Part shown: positions 59,462-64,000 of the stretch, piece after piece
How positions within the stretch are numbered: position 1 is the stretch's first letter
How the letters are laid out: each line of letters begins with the position of its first letter
Source of the DNA: Octopus bimaculoides
Lineage: Eukaryota
Length of the DNA: 64,000 bases
NCBI RefSeq assembly: GCF_001194135.2
Contig: NC_069003.1
Coordinates: 17,548,793 to 17,612,792 of the forward strand
Direction: 5' to 3'
Translations under genes and position numbers: made by a program
The notes under the pieces: generated by a model
Told to the model about the DNA's origin: nothing
The model's input: only the letters and a program-made list of their open reading frames with translations
Databases searched by the model: none

Positions 59462-60610
59462 CTGAAAAATAGACATATCATCATCATCATCATCATCATC
59501 ATCACGACCACCACCATCACCATCACTATCATCACCGTTGCCAATGACAACACCTCATTTTTTAGTTTTATACTTTTTCTGAGTGTCAATCTAATACAAT
59601 TACTGTGTCCTTTTGGCTTTTGTTGTTTTTCCTGTTTTTGGTTTTATTTTTGATTTGCCTGTGTGTGTGTGTCCCCGTGTCCCCATGTCCCCGTTTCAGA
59701 AATAAAGCATCTAACACTGATCACTGAAGATAAAACTGACTGAAATGTATTGTAGATATAAAAATTATAGATACATTCGATATAGATATCTATATTACAA
59801 ATAAATATTCTATCCCTTATCCACACATCCACCCTTCAACCCTACCCAATCTTAATAGTTTTTGCCTCCCATCCCGCTGACATTCCCCCAGCATTTGCTT
59901 ATGCAAAAGCCATGTACTCTTGCAAACCCCTACCCACCCACACTCCTCATTTCTCTGTCTCCACTCACTTCTATTCACCTCATACATTTGAGGGGCCACA
60001 TGGACATTTCACCACCAATATTTATCTCTTTGCAGCTCCCACTGATCATTCCCACACCCCTTTCTCTTCTAAATGTATGTACCCATGTAACTCCTCTACA
60101 ACAAGAAGCCGCCGTCTCACTCCACTTCTCTCATACTATAATCCTTGCCTTCTAGCATAAAGCCGACCCCACCTCCCTTCAAATAACCAATCGATGGTCT
60201 GTATCCAGTAATCCAACTTATTGCCAATTTGCAATAGATTTCCTCAATCAGAGTTGACCAGAGCTAAAAGATAACAACAACAAACTAAACCTACACACAC
60301 ACACCAATCCTGTGCTGTTAATAAACAAACCAGAAAAATAACTGAATACTCAACAATGCTAATCTATGGACAGACACCAGCCATTTCCATTTGACCTCAA
60401 AGTAGAGTGTCACTGCAGGTCATTGAGGAATGTCCCCACTTCACACCTTCACAGGTACAAGAACAAAGAGAGGGAGGGAGGGGAAGAGATAGATCGATAG
60501 AGACACACATACATATATAAATGCAAATACATAGAGAGATATATACACACATATATGCATAAATACACACAGAAATATATGTTTATATATATACTCTTTA
60601 CTTGTTTATA

Positions 60611-60684
<74 letters not shown>

Positions 60685-60687
<3 letters not shown>

Positions 60688-61952
60688 GGGTTGGACAAAA
60701 TAATGGAAACACCTGGCATCATAATTTTGAAATATCTATAAAACCGTCAAAAGCTTGTATATTTTTGTTTTTTGGTTTATTATTAGTGTTGCTTAATATG
60801 TATTGCTAAAATTGCTGTTTATTTTCAGATATCATCAGAATAAGATAATTAAAATTCATTAAAATGACAGATCTATCGGACTTTCAAAGAGGTCAAATTC
60901 TTGGTGCTCATATGGCAGGTGCTAGCGTAATGAAAACAGCCGAAATATTTGGTGTATCAAGAAGTACTGTCTTGAAAGTAATGACAGCCTTTGAGAAAGA
61001 GGGAAAAACCTCTTTGCCGAAACAAAACTCTGGAAGAAAACCAAAACTTTCAGATAGGGACTGTTGGACTGTTACGCGAATTGTTAGAAAGGATCACAAA
61101 AGTACAGCTCCCAAAATTATTGCAGATCTTAATGACCATCTCGAGAACGCAGTTTCCACAAAAACTATTCACCGGGAGCTGCACAAAGCTGGATTTCACA
61201 GGAGGGTTGCAATCAGAAAACCACTACTTTCAAAAACAAACATTGCAAAGCGTTTAGAGTGGAGTAAAAACCTACAGAATTGGTCCCTAGAGCAGTGGAC
61301 AAATGTTATTTTCTCAAACGAGTCATCCTTTACCTTATTTCCGACCACCAGCCGAGTATACATGTGGAGACAGCCAAAAGAAGCAATTAAACCAGACTGC
61401 CTTCTTCCAACTGTTAAACATGGTGGAGGATCTGTGATGATCTGGAGGGGAGGGCTACATCTTGGAAATATGCAGGCCCAATGGCTTCCCTTCATGGCAG
61501 AAATAATAGTAAAGACTATTTAAGCATTTTATCTGACCAAATTCATCCTATTGTTGTGGAACTGTTTCCGGAGAGAAACGCAATCTTTCAGGATGATAAT
61601 GCACCAATTCACACAGCTAAAGTTGTTATTGAATGGCACGAGGAACATTCTAGTAAAGTTGAACATCTTATCTGGCCACCACAGTCCCCAGATCTCAATA
61701 TTATTGAACATTTATGGTGCATTTTAGAAAAACAAGTAAGGAGTCGATATCCTCCACCATCATCACTACAAGAACAGGAGACTGTTTTAGCTGAAGAATG
61801 TACAAAAATTCCTTTGGAAACAATTCAAACTTTGTATGAATCCATACCTTGTAGAATTCCAGCTGTAATTACTGCCAAAGGCGGTCCTACCCCATATTAA
61901 AATATATTTGTTTGAAATTTTAAGGTGTTTCCATTATTTTGTCCAACCCCTG
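60685..61952 (+). mobile_element. Near-complete Tc1-superfamily transposon, DD36E spacing, 30 bp TIRs
   Basis: Perfect TIRs CAGGGGTTGGACAAAATAATGGAAACACCT (60685-60714 and 61923-61952), TA on the left and CA on the right. Transposase 60864-61900 has one frameshift near 61445 and FSNES in place of FSDES. Confidence 0.93.
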
Positions 61953-61959
61953 CATATCA

Positions 61960-62285
61960 CAAAACCCTTCAGGTAGATGGCCCTGTTCGATCTGTAGAAA
62001 AGGTGTAGGTAGAAACTGCTGGGTGTAGATGCACTCAGTGTAAGCTTTGGACACATAAAAAGTGCAGCAATATCAGAGGAAGGTTAACAGGGAAAATGGC
62101 TTGTGTGTACAATAAACACCGAAAATGTACAGAAAACAGACTTCAGTGGGGTAAGCTAGAGGTAGTAGATAGTTTCCATTACCTAGGTGACCAAATTAGT
62201 AGTGGAGGTGGATGCTCTGAGAGAATAGCTGTGAGAATAAGAATAGGTTGGGCAAAGTTCAAAGAGCTCCTGCCTCTGCTGGCAA
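61960..62285 (+). pseudogene. RTE RT fragment
   Basis: GKLEVVDSFHYLGDQISSGGGCSERIAVRIRIGWAKFKELLPLL. Confidence 0.8.
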
Positions 62286-62314
62286 TTTCTGTAGACAGTT
62301 AGAGAGGGCACTTA

Positions 62315-62360
62315 GTCATTGATGAAATCCCAATGCAGGACTGAAACTAGTCCAGCTGAT
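62315..62360 (+). ncRNA. Decayed hammerhead-like motif
   Basis: TTGATGA-AATCC-caatgca-GGACT-GAAA-CTAG-TC, with a palindromic ACTAGT stem III and GUC triplet, inside a larger imperfect hairpin (62291-62380). Confidence 0.45.
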
Positions 62361-62629
62361 CCCTCTTTTCCTGTCCACAAAGGCATTGTCTACTTTTCCC
62401 TTGCTGGCATCTGTTGACTAAACTTTTTCTGAGATAGACTTTTACAACTAGTTGACCTTCATGTCACTAACCTTTAGCTACCTGACAGCATGCAAAAATG
62501 CAGTATAGTTATTTTGCTAAAACCAGTAAATATTCTGCAGTTCAATAAAGCATTAAAAGAAAACAATACTGATATACCAGGGATTTATATAAACATTTAA
62601 TTAACTATTCTTAATTAACTGTTAGTACC

Positions 62630-62960
62630 AGTCTGATACTATCAAGTGGCTGCAAAGAGTCTGAAATGAAACAATTGAAATGACAATGGGCATCAACAAG
62701 ATCAGTGATGAAATAAAGATGCAGATCCTGGAACTAGATTGGATGCATCGACAAAGTGTGGTGGCAGTAAAGTGGCAGCCTGGGGCGGAAAGAGCAGCAG
62801 GGTGCCCTAAAACTACAGGATGAAGGACCATGGATAGGGAAAGGAGACAAGAAAAGTGGAGAAGCTGGAATGAGACCGACCAGAACAGTGGCAGAAAATA
62901 GAACTGGTTGGAGAGATCATATTGCAGCCTTATATGCCTCATGGTACTGAGAACTAAGTA
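62630..62960 (+). pseudogene. 3' end of a second RTE-like LINE lineage
   Basis: Decayed W.P...R..G.PKTTW.RT-like C-terminus (aagtggcagcctgggg...gggtgccctaaaactacaggatgaaggaccatg). Confidence 0.5.
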
Positions 62961-62983
62961 ACTGAACAACATGATATTATGTA

Positions 62984-63027
62984 GACACCTGATGATATTT
63001 AGATCAAACTGATTGAAACTCAGTGTC
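62984..63027 (+). ncRNA. Decayed minimal hammerhead-like motif
   Basis: gacac-CTGATGA-t-atttag-atcaaa-ctgat-t-GAAA-ctca-gtgtc. Stem I is a perfect 5 bp; stem III is incomplete. Confidence 0.5.
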
Positions 63028-64000
63028 CTCATCATCATCATAAGAACTTAATATTGTAATATATATATATATATGTGCATATNNNNNNNNNNNNNNNNNN
63101 NNNNNNNNNNNNNNNNNNNNNNNNNNNNATATATATATATATACATATACACACACACACACACACACACATGAAATGTCTCCAAAACTGTTGTCCTGTG
63201 TATTACATTTAGATTTGATTTAATTAATTTTTCGACAGAAACTTTTCCCCATCCTCACATATCCATATCGGAGACGCCACCCACCTTCCCCCTATCTGTC
63301 ACCAGCAGCTTCCTCTTCACCAACCAAACAGCTATTTGAAAAAGGAACCAAGTAGCCTGAATGGTCATGAGAATAACATTCCAGTGCACATACATGGCTA
63401 GACGACCAAACCTGAATCCCACGTAGTACCCTCATCCCCACCACACAGAATATCACCCACAAATAGGTAAGAAGGCCAAAGAAAGTGCTCCGAATGGCTA
63501 TCTCACCAACACAGTTAACTACAAGAATGAAAACAAACACAAAAGCAACGATGACAAAAAAGCTGCCACAACTTCAGGAAATAGTAAAAAAGAACAGCTT
63601 ACAACAGTGCCACCACCACCATAAATGGTAACAATACAAGCAAAGGATAACATTACTAATAATAAGGCATGAAACTGCATCCGGTTGTGGTGTCATGATG
63701 CAGGAAGAACAAAGTTAACCTTAACCATAAGTACCTGCAGGTCACTGTTGGACAAAGTGTAGCACCTGTAAGCCATCCCAAGACCTAGAAATACCAGGAT
63801 GCTGTCTGGTGGGGTAAAGCCTGTCTCATGGGAGGAGGGGTCCCTTTAACCTTGGTCAGCAACCCTGCTAGAGAAGGTGTCTCAATAAAAATACCGATGG
63901 TTGTGTCACCTCAACACCAAAATTCTCAGGAGTGAAAATTTCAAATACAAAAATATAAAACAATGGATTGAACGAGGCTAGCACTAAAAACAGTGTACAT

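Larger units (their letters stand above)
654..63128. other. Assembly gaps (N runs)
   Basis: 654-1016, 2732-3623, 4174-4273, 4593-4602, 27556-28511, 31343-31375, 57678-58461 and 63083-63128; almost all sit next to (TA)n/(TG)n microsatellites. Confidence 0.98.

Noticed and set aside
63790-63900. HDV-like ribozyme in a LINE 5'-UTR-like stretch (ggtggggtaaagcc...ggtcagcaaccctgc)
   Set aside because: P2 and a GCAA junction can be drawn, but no convincing P1 or P1.1; too degenerate to support by eye.

Overview
Animal genomic scaffold: AT-rich, microsatellite-dense, with eight N gaps. The repeat content suggests an octopus/cephalopod, which is an inference. One host gene runs through the window on the minus strand: a phospholipase C of the PLC-like (PLCL/PRIP) type. 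I assembled 10 consecutive GT-AG exons by hand (59349-59461 down to 7591-7770; 1147 nt, 382 codons, all phases compatible, no stops). They cover the EF-hand region, X box, XY linker and most of the Y box. Upstream and downstream exons lie outside the window or in gaps. Unlike vertebrate PRIPs, every PLC active-site residue I can check is intact. The introns are mostly mobile-element debris: several tRNA-derived SINE families, RTE and R4/Dong-type LINE fragments, a Mag-type Ty3/Gypsy remnant, a Chapaev3-like transposase, Tc1/mariner elements (one nearly complete with DD36E spacing), MITEs, and at least five Penelope-like (PLE) remnants. Two things are most unusual. First, there is a dense set of hammerhead-ribozyme-like motifs: four within 52.3-55.6 kb and further decayed ones elsewhere, several in the sense orientation of the host pre-mRNA. 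Second, a ~250 bp element has ~49 bp terminal inverted repeats enclosing a complete tRNA-like Pol III unit. Repeat family names are from memory of consensus motifs, not database searches, and repeat boundaries are approximate.
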